Shown: piece by piece, positions 27,007 to 35,526 of the stretch
How positions within the stretch are numbered: position 1 is the first letter of the stretch
Layout: the number at the start of each line of letters is the position of its first letter
From: Egibacteraceae bacterium
GTDB taxonomy: Bacteria; Actinomycetota; Nitriliruptoria; Euzebyales; Egibacteraceae
NCBI GenBank assembly: GCA_035540635.1
Contig: DATLGH010000110.1
Location: 1-46,156, forward strand
DNA: 46,156 nucleotides
Direction of reading: 5' to 3'
Made by a program: the position numbers and the translations under genes
The notes under the pieces: generated by a model
Databases searched by the model: none
Seen by the model: the letters and a program-made list of their open reading frames with translations, nothing else
Told to the model about the DNA's origin: nothing

Positions 27007-27891
27007 TCACTCCTCGTCGGGCAGGGCCGCCGCGCGCGCCGCCTCCTCCGGCACCGGGATCGCCGAGCCACCGGTGCCGAGCGGCTCGCGTCGCAGGCGC
27101 AGGGTGTCCCAGTGACCGAACTCGTTCTCCGGCTGCCAGCGCATCATCCAGCAGCGGTCGCCCCAGCGCTCGTGGAGCTCCTGCTGCGCGGGCTCGCAGA
27201 GGAACTTGGAGCACGCCTGCTCGTCGCGCAGGACGGCGAGCGCGTAGTGGTCGGACCAGCCCGAGAAGCCGGTGACGCTGCGCAGCACGCCGCCGTCAGC
27301 CGTGAGGCGCCGCCCGACCCGACGGATGTCCCACCAGGCCCACAGGGACTGCCCCAGGTCGTCCGCCTCGATCCGGACGACGATCGCACCGGCCCCGCTC
27401 ACCGCTCTGCGGTGCCGGCGTGCGGCGGGCGACGTGTCGTAGGTGGGGGCGCCCTCAGGGCCGGCGGAGGCCTTCAGCACGGGCAGCGCGTCGAGCACGG
27501 CGTCGAGGGCCCGCTGCTCCTCAGGGGTGCGGGCACGCGCTTTCCTGCCCTGGCCCGTGGGCCCGAGGGTCGCGTCGCTCCAGCGCCCCACCTCCTCGGT
27601 CGTCGGCCTCCACCGCATGAGCCAGAAGCTCTCGAGCCACTTGCCGAACTCCCACATGATGTCCTCGTGCGCACCCGAGCGCATGAACTCGAACATCTTG
27701 TCCCGCGTCTCCCAGACGGTGATCGTCCAGAACTCGCGGGGGCCGGCGATGATGCTCGCGAAGCGGACGCAGCCGGGGGTGACCGCGAGCTGACGGCGGA
27801 TCCGGCGGGAGGAGAGGAACATCTGGGGGAACCGCCACACGCCCCGGAGGCGGGACCGGGTGGTGACGGCGAACTTCACCGAGGAGGTCAT
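27007..27891 (-). CDS. hypothetical protein with an internally duplicated domain
   Basis: Two similar segments (...MRWRPTTE..GRWSD and ...MRWQPENEFGHWD). Located downstream of the Cys-form DUF1059 gene. Confidence 0.5.
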   Translation of the reverse strand: MTSSVKFAVTTRSRLRGVWRFPQMFLSSRRIRRQLAVTPGCVRFASIIAGPREFWTITVWETRDKMFEFMRSGAHEDIMWEFGKWLESFWLMRWRPTTEEVGRWSDATLGPTGQGRKARARTPEEQRALDAVLDALPVLKASAGPEGAPTYDTSPAARRHRRAVSGAGAIVVRIEADDLGQSLWAWWDIRRVGRRLTADGGVLRSVTGFSGWSDHYALAVLRDEQACSKFLCEPAQQELHERWGDRCWMMRWQPENEFGHWDTLRLRREPLGTGGSAIPVPEEAARAAALPDEE

Positions 27892-27902
27892 CGCAGGTCC
27901 TC

Positions 27903-28076
27903 CTACGTCGTTCTCGCTTCGTCGGCCGCGTAGTCGATGAGCGTCTGCGTGAGCACGACGCCGTGCTTCTCGCGCGCATGCGCGGCCACCTGCGCGAGCA
28001 GGTCCTCCACGGTCGCGGCTCGGTGGACGGCCCCGCAGGCCACCCCCACGTCGGCGCAGGCGAGTTGGACGGCCAT
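27903..28076 (-). CDS. DUF1059-like small protein (57 aa), Cys-containing form
   Basis: Not in the ORF track because it is under the length cut-off. RBS GGGAG precedes the start. Product is MAVQLACADVGVACGAVHRAATVEDLLAQVAAHAREKHGVVLTQTLIDYAADEARTT. Confidence 0.6.
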   Translation of the reverse strand: MAVQLACADVGVACGAVHRAATVEDLLAQVAAHAREKHGVVLTQTLIDYAADEARTT

Positions 28077-28116
28077 ATCGCTCCCATATAGGTGTTGGTG
28101 TGTGCGTGGGGGACGC

Positions 28117-28368
28117 CTACGTCCCCGCGTCGACCTTCGCTGCGAAGTCCTCCAGGGCGTCGGCGACGGCGGTGAGGTTGCCGCTCACGTCGGCCAGCGC
28201 CGGTCCGGCAGGCCCCGTGCGGTGCGCGACCGCGCGCACGCCGAAGGTGACCTTGCCGAGCGTGTCGTTGACGTGGCTGAGGATGACCACGATCCAGATG
28301 AGGTAGAAGGCCAGCGCGGCGACGAGGAGGGCGACGAGGCCGAGCGTGACGATCGCCGCTGCGGACAT
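28117..28368 (-). CDS. small single-pass membrane protein, family A
   Basis: ATG at 28368. Product MSAAAIVTLGLVALLVAALAFYLIWIVVILSHVNDTLGKVTFGVRAVAHR... Confidence 0.6.
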   Translation of the reverse strand: MSAAAIVTLGLVALLVAALAFYLIWIVVILSHVNDTLGKVTFGVRAVAHRTGPAGPALADVSGNLTAVADALEDFAAKVDAGT

Positions 28369-28385
28369 CGGCCGATTCCTCTCGG

Positions 28386-28634
28386 TCAGGCGAGACGGCG
28401 GAGCGCGCTCACGTAGCGGGCCGCGTTGTCGGTGACGCGACGAGCCACGTCGCGGGTGTCGGCCAGGGCGGGCAGGGGGTCGAGGGTACCGGTCAGCCGG
28501 ACGCCGTGCTCGAGGATCTCGTCGGCGTACTGGCGGATCTCCAACGCCTGGGCGATGACCCGGTTGGCGAGGAGGACGACGAGCGGGATGACCGCGAGCA
28601 GCCCGACGGCGTTCGCGACCCACCACAGCGTCAC
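28386..28634 (-). CDS. small single-pass membrane protein, family B
   Basis: GTG at 28634 with RBS GGAGG. Product VTLWWVANAVGLLAVIPLVVLLANRVIAQALEIRQYADEILEHGV... Confidence 0.55.
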   Translation of the reverse strand: MTLWWVANAVGLLAVIPLVVLLANRVIAQALEIRQYADEILEHGVRLTGTLDPLPALADTRDVARRVTDNAARYVSALRRLA

Positions 28635-28802
28635 GCGCGACCTCCTCGTCGTCGTGCCGGTCCGCACCTCGCCTGGCTGCCCAAAGCCGGGATACCTGCC
28701 CCCGGCGGACGACCCGACTATATCATTGCGGAGTAGTCACCCACCGCGCGCTCGGGAGGTCCGGGGCAGTGCGGATGCCGCCGCTGGACGAGGAGGACGC
28801 AA

Positions 28803-29576
28803 ATGAAGCTCGGAATCGTCGGGAAGGGCGGGGTAGGCAAGACGACCGTGTCCGCCCTCATCTCGCAGGCCTACGCCGCGCGCGGCGCCCGCGTCGTTGC
28901 CATCGACACCGACTCCAACCCCAACCTCGGCATGTCGCTCGGCATGGACTGGGACGAGATGGAGGCCGTGCCGGTCATGCCCCGTGCCCTGATCGTCGGC
29001 AGCGAGGGAGACCTGACGGCCCAGGAGGTGATCGAGAAGTACGGTCGCCCCACACCGGCCGGCCCGGTCCTCCTCTCGGCCATCCGCGTCACCCAGGCGG
29101 GCTCCGGCTGCACCTGCTCCGGCCACGCGACGGTGCGCAACTTCCTCGGCGAGGTGCTCGCGGAGGAGGCCGACGTGACGCTCATCGACATGGAGGCCGG
29201 CCTCGAGCACCTGAGCCGCTCCGGCGGCACCCTCGCGTACGCCGACGTCCTGCTCGTCGTGATGGAGCCGAGCCGCAAGTCGGTCATCACCGCTGCGCGC
29301 ACCCTCGCCCTCGCCGAGGAGCTCGGCATCCCCAGGGTGTACGGCCTCGGCAACAAGGCCCGCATGCCCGAGGACGCCGAGTTCTTCGCCGAGTTGGCTG
29401 CGGAGTACAACGTCCCCCTCGCGGGGGTCATCCCCCTCGATCCCGCCGTGGCCGACGCCGACCGGGCGGGGTCCGCGGTGACCGCCACACCCCCCGAGGC
29501 GGTGCGTGCGGCGCTCGACGCCGTCATCGACCTCATCGAGGGCTCCTCAGTGAGCGACCAGGCCCCCGTGCGCTGA
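28803..29576 (+). CDS. CooC/MinD-family P-loop ATPase, paralog 2
   Basis: Walker A GKGGVGKTT, DTDSNPNL, and CxC motif GCTCSGHA. Confidence 0.85.
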   Translation: MKLGIVGKGGVGKTTVSALISQAYAARGARVVAIDTDSNPNLGMSLGMDWDEMEAVPVMPRALIVGSEGDLTAQEVIEKYGRPTPAGPVLLSAIRVTQAGSGCTCSGHATVRNFLGEVLAEEADVTLIDMEAGLEHLSRSGGTLAYADVLLVVMEPSRKSVITAARTLALAEELGIPRVYGLGNKARMPEDAEFFAELAAEYNVPLAGVIPLDPAVADADRAGSAVTATPPEAVRAALDAVIDLIEGSSVSDQAPVR

Positions 29577-29599
29577 CCCCCACGGGGGGCGGGCGAAGT

Positions 29600-29645
29600 T
29601 TTTTTCGCCAACCCGGTTGACATTCAACCTGGATGCAGGGTCTAC
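29600..29645 (+). promoter_or_regulatory. Putative MerR-type promoter (TTGACA, 19-bp spacer with imperfect dyad ACCTGGATGCAGGGT, then CTACCT)
   Basis: Read directly from the sequence. Lies immediately upstream of the merR-like gene. Confidence 0.35.
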
Positions 29646-29654
29646 CTTGGGGGC

Positions 29655-30101
29655 ATGACCCGCCTCACCGTCTCCAAGCTCGCTGAACGCGTCGGCAGCA
29701 CGCCGTCCGCGCTGCGCTACTACGAGCGCATCGGCCTGCTGCCCGCCCCCCGGCGGAGCGCCGGGGGCTACCGGCTCTACGACGAGACCGCCGAGGAGCG
29801 CGTGCGGTTCATCAAACGGGCCCAGCGCTTCGGCCTGCGCCTCGACGAGATCAGTGACCTCCTGTCCATCCGCGAGCGCGGGCAGTGTCCGTGCGGGCAC
29901 ACCCGCGACCTCCTCGCGGGGCGCCTCGCGGAGATCGACGAGGAGATGGCCGGCCTCGCCCGGCTGCGCCAGGACATCGAGCGCATGGTCGAGGACCTGC
30001 CGTCCAGCGAGGACCGCGCCGACTGGGCCTGCGGCGGCGAGCTCGTCACGCTGACCCGCCGCCCCCCCGATCACCACGCCAACACCAACCTTGAAGCCTG
30101 A
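29655..30101 (+). CDS. MerR-family transcriptional regulator
   Basis: Contains LTVSKLAERVGSTPSALRYYERIGLL and candidate Cys metal ligands (CPCGH, WACGG). Confidence 0.85.
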   Translation: MTRLTVSKLAERVGSTPSALRYYERIGLLPAPRRSAGGYRLYDETAEERVRFIKRAQRFGLRLDEISDLLSIRERGQCPCGHTRDLLAGRLAEIDEEMAGLARLRQDIERMVEDLPSSEDRADWACGGELVTLTRRPPDHHANTNLEA

Positions 30102-30126
30102 TGAGAGACGAGAAAGGACACCGACC

Positions 30127-30423
30127 ATGAGCACCACCGACACCGGCTGCCAGTGTGGCTGCAGCACGATGACCGTCGTCACGGAGGCGGCCGAGCCCTG
30201 CGGCTGCGGCTGCGAGTGCTGCGCCGCCGTCCCACAGAGCGCCCAGGAGGAGATCACCCAGCTGCGTCAGCTTCGCGAGAACGTCGAGCAGCGCCTGCAG
30301 ACGCTCCAGGCGAGCGGCGAAGGCGCCGCCGCGGCATGCGGCTGCGGCTGCGGCAGCGCGAGCAGCTCCGGCCCGGCCGAACCGTGCGCCTGCGGCTGCG
30401 ACTGCTGCCAGGTCGCTTCCTGA
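30127..30423 (+). CDS. Cys-rich metallothionein-like protein (CxCxC clusters flanking a coiled segment)
   Basis: Product MSTTDTGCQCGCSTM...CGCGCECCAAV...CGCGCGS...CACGCDCCQVAS. Confidence 0.55.
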   Translation: MSTTDTGCQCGCSTMTVVTEAAEPCGCGCECCAAVPQSAQEEITQLRQLRENVEQRLQTLQASGEGAAAACGCGCGSASSSGPAEPCACGCDCCQVAS

Positions 30424-30481
30424 CCCGGCCGGCTCGGCCGGCAGCCGTCGGAGGACCGACCTCCCCGCCCTGCTGCCTCAG

Positions 30482-31219
30482 CTAGGACGCGGGGAGGAGG
30501 TCCTCGGCGAGCGCCGCGAGCGCCGCCACGGCCGGCGCGTCGGGGTCGAGGTCAAGGGGCGCGATCCCCTTGCGGTCGGCCTCGACGATCACCGGGTCGT
30601 CGGGCACACCCACGACCTCCACCCCGGGCGGAAAGGCCGCACGGATCCGCTCGAGGTCGTCCTCGCCCCGGATGCGGTTGGCGAGGACCACCGTGCGCAT
30701 CGCCGCGCGCTCCCCCGCGAGCTCGGCGGCACGGGCGCCGACCTCGAGCGACTTCGACATCGCCTCGACGACGATGACGACCACGTCGACGGCGTTCTCC
30801 GCCAGGCGCGTGAGCGTGCCGATCCCCGCCTCGCAGTCCGCGATGACCACCGATGCGCCGAACTCCCCGGACCCGAGCAACTGCTCGGGTGAGAGCCCGC
30901 ATCAGGGACAGCCCGGCTCCGGGTTCTCGATACGCGAGACGACGGCGAGCCGCACGTTGTCCGGCGCGTCGGAGCCGAAGCGGTCCATGAGCTCGGCCCA
31001 GCCAGGGGCGTGCTCCTCCTCGCCTTCGGCGAGCGCCTGACGCATCGCGTCGAGCCGCTCGGTCTCCGTGTCACCGATGCCCAGCGAGATGCCGAGGTTC
31101 GGGTTGCTGTCGCAGTCGAGCGCGACCACCCCGCGGCCCTGGCGGCCGATGGTGCGCGCCAGCACGGCCGACGTCGTCGTCTTGCCAGAGCCGCCCTTGC
31201 CGACGACCGCGATCTTCAT
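30482..31219 (-). CDS. CooC/MinD-family ATPase interrupted by one in-frame TGA (30902-30904) inside its CxC metal motif (candidate selenoprotein; otherwise a nonsense pseudogene)
   Basis: The N-terminal part (31219->30905) reads MKIAVVGKGGSGKTTTSAV...ENPEPGCP, then TGA, then CGLSPEQLLGSGEFGASVVIADCEAG... (30901->30482) in the same frame. The total is 239 aa, the normal family length. The TGA lies in the motif aligned to GCLCS and GCTCS of the paralogs. Confidence 0.5.
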
Positions 31220-31974
31220 GCGCCTGCCTCCTCAGCACGGAGCCGTTCCACCAGCAAGTCTATCGCCTTGACCGCCGGTGAGTCCGGGGCCTCCTCGATC
31301 GGGGGACGGCCTTTCCGGTCCGCTTCGGCGAGCTCCTCGTCGAGCGGCACGGCACCGACGACCTCAAGGCCCGTGCGGTCCTGCACCCGCTCGACGTCAC
31401 CGTCCTCGCAGACCTTGTTCACGACCGCCACGACCCGCGGCGCGTCCTCGGCCAGCGCGAGGCGCGCCAGGCGCTTCGCGCTGAGGATCGACTTCGCCAT
31501 CGGCTCCACCACCACGAGGATGGTGCGGGCGTAGCGACCCCAGCCGAGAAACGGCTGGCGGGTGCCCCCGGGGAGGTCGCCGACGATGTTCCACTTGTCG
31601 TCGGGCAGCTGGGCGGTGATCTGGCGGAACGCGAACTGCGAGCGAATGAGCCCGCGCCCGGAGTCGCGGATCTTGCCGAACTGCAGGACGCGCACACCGT
31701 CGGGCCCGCGCACGGCGTAGCGCTCGACGGCGTCGGCGGCCGTGAGCTCCCCGGCCAGCACGTACCGGGGGCCGGCCTCCGCCGGGTTCTCGACCACCGC
31801 CTCGTCGGGGATCCCGGCGTCGGTGGTCTCGACGCCGAGCGAGTAGGCCAGGCCGGGAAGCGGGTCGGAGTCGACGACGAGCACCGGCTCCCCACGTCGG
31901 GCGAGGAGGCGGGCGAACGTCCCCGCGATCGCGGACTTGCCGGCTCCGCCCTTGCCTACGAATGCAACGCGCAT
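31216..31974 (-). CDS. CooC/MinD-family P-loop ATPase, paralog 3 (no CxC motif)
   Basis: Walker A GKGGAGKS and DSDPLPGL. ATGA overlap with the downstream paralog. Confidence 0.8.
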   Translation of the reverse strand: MRVAFVGKGGAGKSAIAGTFARLLARRGEPVLVVDSDPLPGLAYSLGVETTDAGIPDEAVVENPAEAGPRYVLAGELTAADAVERYAVRGPDGVRVLQFGKIRDSGRGLIRSQFAFRQITAQLPDDKWNIVGDLPGGTRQPFLGWGRYARTILVVVEPMAKSILSAKRLARLALAEDAPRVVAVVNKVCEDGDVERVQDRTGLEVVGAVPLDEELAEADRKGRPPIEEAPDSPAVKAIDLLVERLRAEEAGA

Positions 31975-32047
31975 CCGGCTACCGTATCCGGTCGGTGAGC
32001 AGGGCGGTAACAGCCCGGGCGCGCGCTGCTCCTATCATGGCGGGCAG

Positions 32048-34315
32048 ATGGCCACACGTGTGCGCACCCGCGTCCGGGTCGACGGCATCGTCCAGGGCGT
32101 GGGCTTCCGTCCCTTCGTGCACTCGCTCGCGACGCGGTGGCACCTGGCGGGGCTGGTCGGCAACGACACGCGTGGGGTGTTCATCGAGGTCGAGGGCGCG
32201 CCGGAGCACGTTGCGGACTTCGTCTCCGCGCTCGACCGGGAGGCGCCGCCGCTGGCCGTCGTCGAACGCGTGGAGACGGAGCCGGTGCCCCTGCGGGGGG
32301 AGCGCGGCTTCGTCATCGTCGACAGCGCCACGGGCGGGCGCCGCGACACGCTCGTGTCGCCCGACACCGCGACGTGCGCCGACTGCCTCGCCGAGATGGC
32401 CGATCCCGCCGATCGCCGTCACCGCTACCCGTTCACGAACTGCACGAACTGCGGGCCCCGCTTCACGATCGTGCGGGACGTGCCCTACGACCGGCCGAAC
32501 ACCACCATGTCGGCCTTCCCGATGTGCGCCGACTGCGCCGCGGAGTACGACGACCCCGCCGACCGCCGCTTCCACGCCCAGCCGGTGTGCTGCCCGGCCT
32601 GCGGTCCGGCGCTGTCCCTGCTCGACGCCGGCTACGAGCCGGTCGAGGGCGACCCGATCACCGCGACCGCGTCGCTGCTGCGGGCCGGGCGCGTCGTCGC
32701 CGTGAAGGGCCTCGGTGGCTACCACCTCGCCGCGGTCGCCGCCGACGAGGACGCGGTCGCCGCTCTGCGTGACCGCAAGCACCGCGAGGACAAGCCGTTC
32801 GCGGTGATGGTCACCGACGTCGCGGCTGCCCGTGCCCTGTGCACGGTGACCCCCGCAGAGGAGGCGCTGCTCACGAGCACCCGTCGTCCCGCCGTCCTCC
32901 TGCGGCGCCGCCCGGACGCGCCCGTCGCCGCGGCGGTCGCGCCCGGCAACCGCCACCTCGGCCTCATGCTGCCCTACACGCCACTGCACCACCTGCTCGC
33001 CGCAGAGGTCCGCGAGCCGTTCGTCCTGACGAGCGGCAACGTCTCCGACGAGCCGATCGCCTACCGCGACGGGGACGCCCGGGAGCGCCTGTCTCCCATC
33101 GCCGACGGGTTCCTCGTGCACGACCGACCCATCCACATCCGCACGGACGACTCGGTCACGCGGGTGTTCCGCGAGCGCGAGCTCGTCATCAGGCGCTCGC
33201 GCGGGTACGTGCCCCGGCCCATCACGCTTGCCGCGCCCGCCCGCCGCCCGGTCCTGGCCTGCGGCGCCGAGCTGAAGAACACTTTCTGCCTCGCCCGCGG
33301 ACGGCACGCGTTCGTGTCCCACCACATCGGCGACCTCGAGAACTACGAGACGCTGCGGTCGTTCGTGGACGGCATCGCGCACTTCAGCCGCCTGTTCGAC
33401 ATCGTCCCGGAGCTCGTCGCCCACGACCTCCACCCCGAGTACCTGTCCACCAAGTACGCCCTCGACCTGCCCGACGCGGAGCTGCTCGGTGTCCAGCACC
33501 ATCACGCCCACATCGCGTCGTGCCTCGCGGACAACGGGCACCCGGGACCGGTGATCGGGGTGGCCTTCGACGGGCTCGGCTACGGCACCGACGCCACGCT
33601 GTGGGGGGGCGAGGTGCTCGTCTGCGATCTCCACGGCTTCGACCGGGCGGCGCACCTCGCGACCCTGCCGATGCCCGGAGGGGCGAAGGCCATCAGGGAG
33701 CCCTGGAGGATGGCGGCGTCCTACCTCGACGCCGCCGGCCTCGCGGCCGAGCACCACGACGTCGCCCAGCGCAACGCCGAGTGGTGGGATCGCGTGCTCG
33801 CCGTCGCGCGGTCCGGTGTCTCGGCCCCGCTCACCTCGAGCGCGGGGCGCCTGTTCGACGCGGTGGCGGCGCTGCTCGGGGTCCGCGACCGGGTCCACTA
33901 CGAGGGGCAGGCGGCGGTCGAGCTCGAGCAGCGCGCAGACCCGGCCGAGCGAGGGGCCTATCCCGTCACCCTCGACGCCGGCGCCCCGCTGCGGGTGCGG
34001 ACCACCGACCTCGTGCGGGCCGTCGTCGCCGACCAACGGGCCGGCACCGATGTCGCGGTCGTCGCGGCCCGCTTCCACAACAGCCTCGCGGCAACCGTCG
34101 CCGAGGTGTGCGCGAGGGTGCGCGAGCAGACGGGCATCGGCACGGTGGCGCTGTCGGGAGGCGTCTGGCAGAACCTGCGCCTGCTCGGCAGCACGGTGGA
34201 CGGGCTCGAGGCGCGTGGGCTCGCCGTGCTGCTCCACCGCCAAGTGCCCCCGAACGACGGTGGGATCAGCCTTGGCCAGGCTGCGGTCGCCGCAGCCGCC
34301 GACCGCAGGGATTGA
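32048..34315 (+). CDS. hypF: carbamoyltransferase HypF
   Basis: Acylphosphatase N-terminus (VRVDGIVQGVGFRPFV), two CxxC...CxxC zinc fingers, YrdC-like and Kae1-like regions. About 755 aa. Confidence 0.9.
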   Translation: MATRVRTRVRVDGIVQGVGFRPFVHSLATRWHLAGLVGNDTRGVFIEVEGAPEHVADFVSALDREAPPLAVVERVETEPVPLRGERGFVIVDSATGGRRDTLVSPDTATCADCLAEMADPADRRHRYPFTNCTNCGPRFTIVRDVPYDRPNTTMSAFPMCADCAAEYDDPADRRFHAQPVCCPACGPALSLLDAGYEPVEGDPITATASLLRAGRVVAVKGLGGYHLAAVAADEDAVAALRDRKHREDKPFAVMVTDVAAARALCTVTPAEEALLTSTRRPAVLLRRRPDAPVAAAVAPGNRHLGLMLPYTPLHHLLAAEVREPFVLTSGNVSDEPIAYRDGDARERLSPIADGFLVHDRPIHIRTDDSVTRVFRERELVIRRSRGYVPRPITLAAPARRPVLACGAELKNTFCLARGRHAFVSHHIGDLENYETLRSFVDGIAHFSRLFDIVPELVAHDLHPEYLSTKYALDLPDAELLGVQHHHAHIASCLADNGHPGPVIGVAFDGLGYGTDATLWGGEVLVCDLHGFDRAAHLATLPMPGGAKAIREPWRMAASYLDAAGLAAEHHDVAQRNAEWWDRVLAVARSGVSAPLTSSAGRLFDAVAALLGVRDRVHYEGQAAVELEQRADPAERGAYPVTLDAGAPLRVRTTDLVRAVVADQRAGTDVAVVAARFHNSLAATVAEVCARVREQTGIGTVALSGGVWQNLRLLGSTVDGLEARGLAVLLHRQVPPNDGGISLGQAAVAAAADRRD

Positions 34316-34386
34316 CGCGCGCGTCAATTTGTGCGTGCATGCCGGTCTCGAGAGTTCCACCGACGTCCCGCGGCCCAAAGAAGACC

Positions 34387-34797
34387 ATGCGACAAGCCGA
34401 GGACACCCGGGCGCAGACGCAGCGGCGTCTTGCCACCCCGGGTGACTCCGACAGTGCCCAACCGAAGAACTTCCTCCAGGCGTGCCTCCTGCTGCTTCTG
34501 CGAGAGGCCCCTTCCCACGGGTACGCGCTCATCGAGCGTCTCGAGGAGATGGGCAGCCGGCGGGACCGCGGCGTCGTCTACCGCACCCTGCGGTTCCTCG
34601 AACGTGAAGGCCTGGTGCAATCCGCCTGGGAGGACTCCCACTCCGGACCGGCCAAGCGCAGCTATGCCCTGACGCCGTACGGTGAGGAGATGCTGTCCGC
34701 ATGGGCGGAGTCGCTCCGCAGCAGCGCGCGCATGCTCGGTGAGTACCTCGAGCGTTACCACAAGGCCACGAAGGGGACCTCCGAGCAGGCGCGTTAG
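34387..34797 (+). CDS. PadR-family transcriptional regulator
   Basis: Contains LLLLLREAPSHGYALIERL...VYRTLRFLEREGLV. Confidence 0.8.
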   Translation: MRQAEDTRAQTQRRLATPGDSDSAQPKNFLQACLLLLLREAPSHGYALIERLEEMGSRRDRGVVYRTLRFLEREGLVQSAWEDSHSGPAKRSYALTPYGEEMLSAWAESLRSSARMLGEYLERYHKATKGTSEQAR

Positions 34798-34873
34798 CCC
34801 GAGGGCCGGGGTGCCAGGCGGTGCACGAGCGCACGGGACGTCAGTCCCTCGGCACCGCCACGGACCTCGGCGG

Positions 34874-35419
34874 TCAGCCGTTCGGCGGGGACGCCTCGAT
34901 GGTCACCGCGACGTCGTCGCGGACCTTGAGCGCCCCCATGAGGCCGCTGTACGGCTTGATCCCCCACCGCGACTGCACGATGCTCGTCGTCGCGATCAGG
35001 CGTCCCTGGTCGAGCGTGACGTCGAGGGTCACGGGGCGGGTGTTGCCGACCAGGGTGAGGTCACCGTCGACGCGCGCGGTGTCGCCCTTCACCTCGACGT
35101 TCGTCGAGCGGAACGTCATCTCCGGGTGCTTGGCGGTGTCGAGCACCTTCTTGTCGATGTTCTTCTTGATGTCGGCGCGGTCACCGTCGGAGAGGGGCTT
35201 CACCCCGCCGGTGCCCTGCACCACGTTGATCGACCGGGTGTCGATCGACGCGGTGACGACCGACTGGGTGGGGTCATCGGGCACCTCCACGGTCGCCTGC
35301 CACTGCCCGGCCTCGAGCAGGAGGTCGTGGCCGACCTTCTTCGCCATCCCCTCGCGGAACGTCTCGAACTGCAGCTTGGCGTTGTGTGGCCCGAACTCGT
35401 AGGTTCCCGGACTGATCAT
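34874..35419 (-). CDS. YceI-family protein
   Basis: Shows the typical YceI beta-barrel pattern (...MTFRSTNVEVKGDTARVDGDLTL.G.T.PV.L). Confidence 0.8.
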   Translation of the reverse strand: MISPGTYEFGPHNAKLQFETFREGMAKKVGHDLLLEAGQWQATVEVPDDPTQSVVTASIDTRSINVVQGTGGVKPLSDGDRADIKKNIDKKVLDTAKHPEMTFRSTNVEVKGDTARVDGDLTLVGNTRPVTLDVTLDQGRLIATTSIVQSRWGIKPYSGLMGALKVRDDVAVTIEASPPNG

Positions 35420-35526
35420 GGGTCATCGTCCTCTCTCGCGCGTGTGGGCGCTTCGACGTACCGGCAGGGGCAACGCGCCTCGGCGCTCCACTCGACGAGA
35501 AGGCAGAGCCGCGAGGCGGGATCACT

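Noticed and set aside
24649-27933. Long Arg-rich ORFs (24649..26166 N-terminal part, 25647..26168, 26297..27115, 26680..27933, 25693..26361 -)
   Set aside because: They are frame shadows of the TPR, birA and 27007..27891 genes.
30091-30126. Longer start (MKPDERRERTPT) for the Cys-rich protein
   Set aside because: It overlaps the merR stop. The shorter MSTTDTG start was preferred, but either is possible.
31975-32047. Imperfect palindrome CCGGCTACCGTATCCGG in the hypF and cooC divergent intergenic region
   Set aside because: Only 14 of 17 positions are symmetric. This is too weak to call without comparative support.
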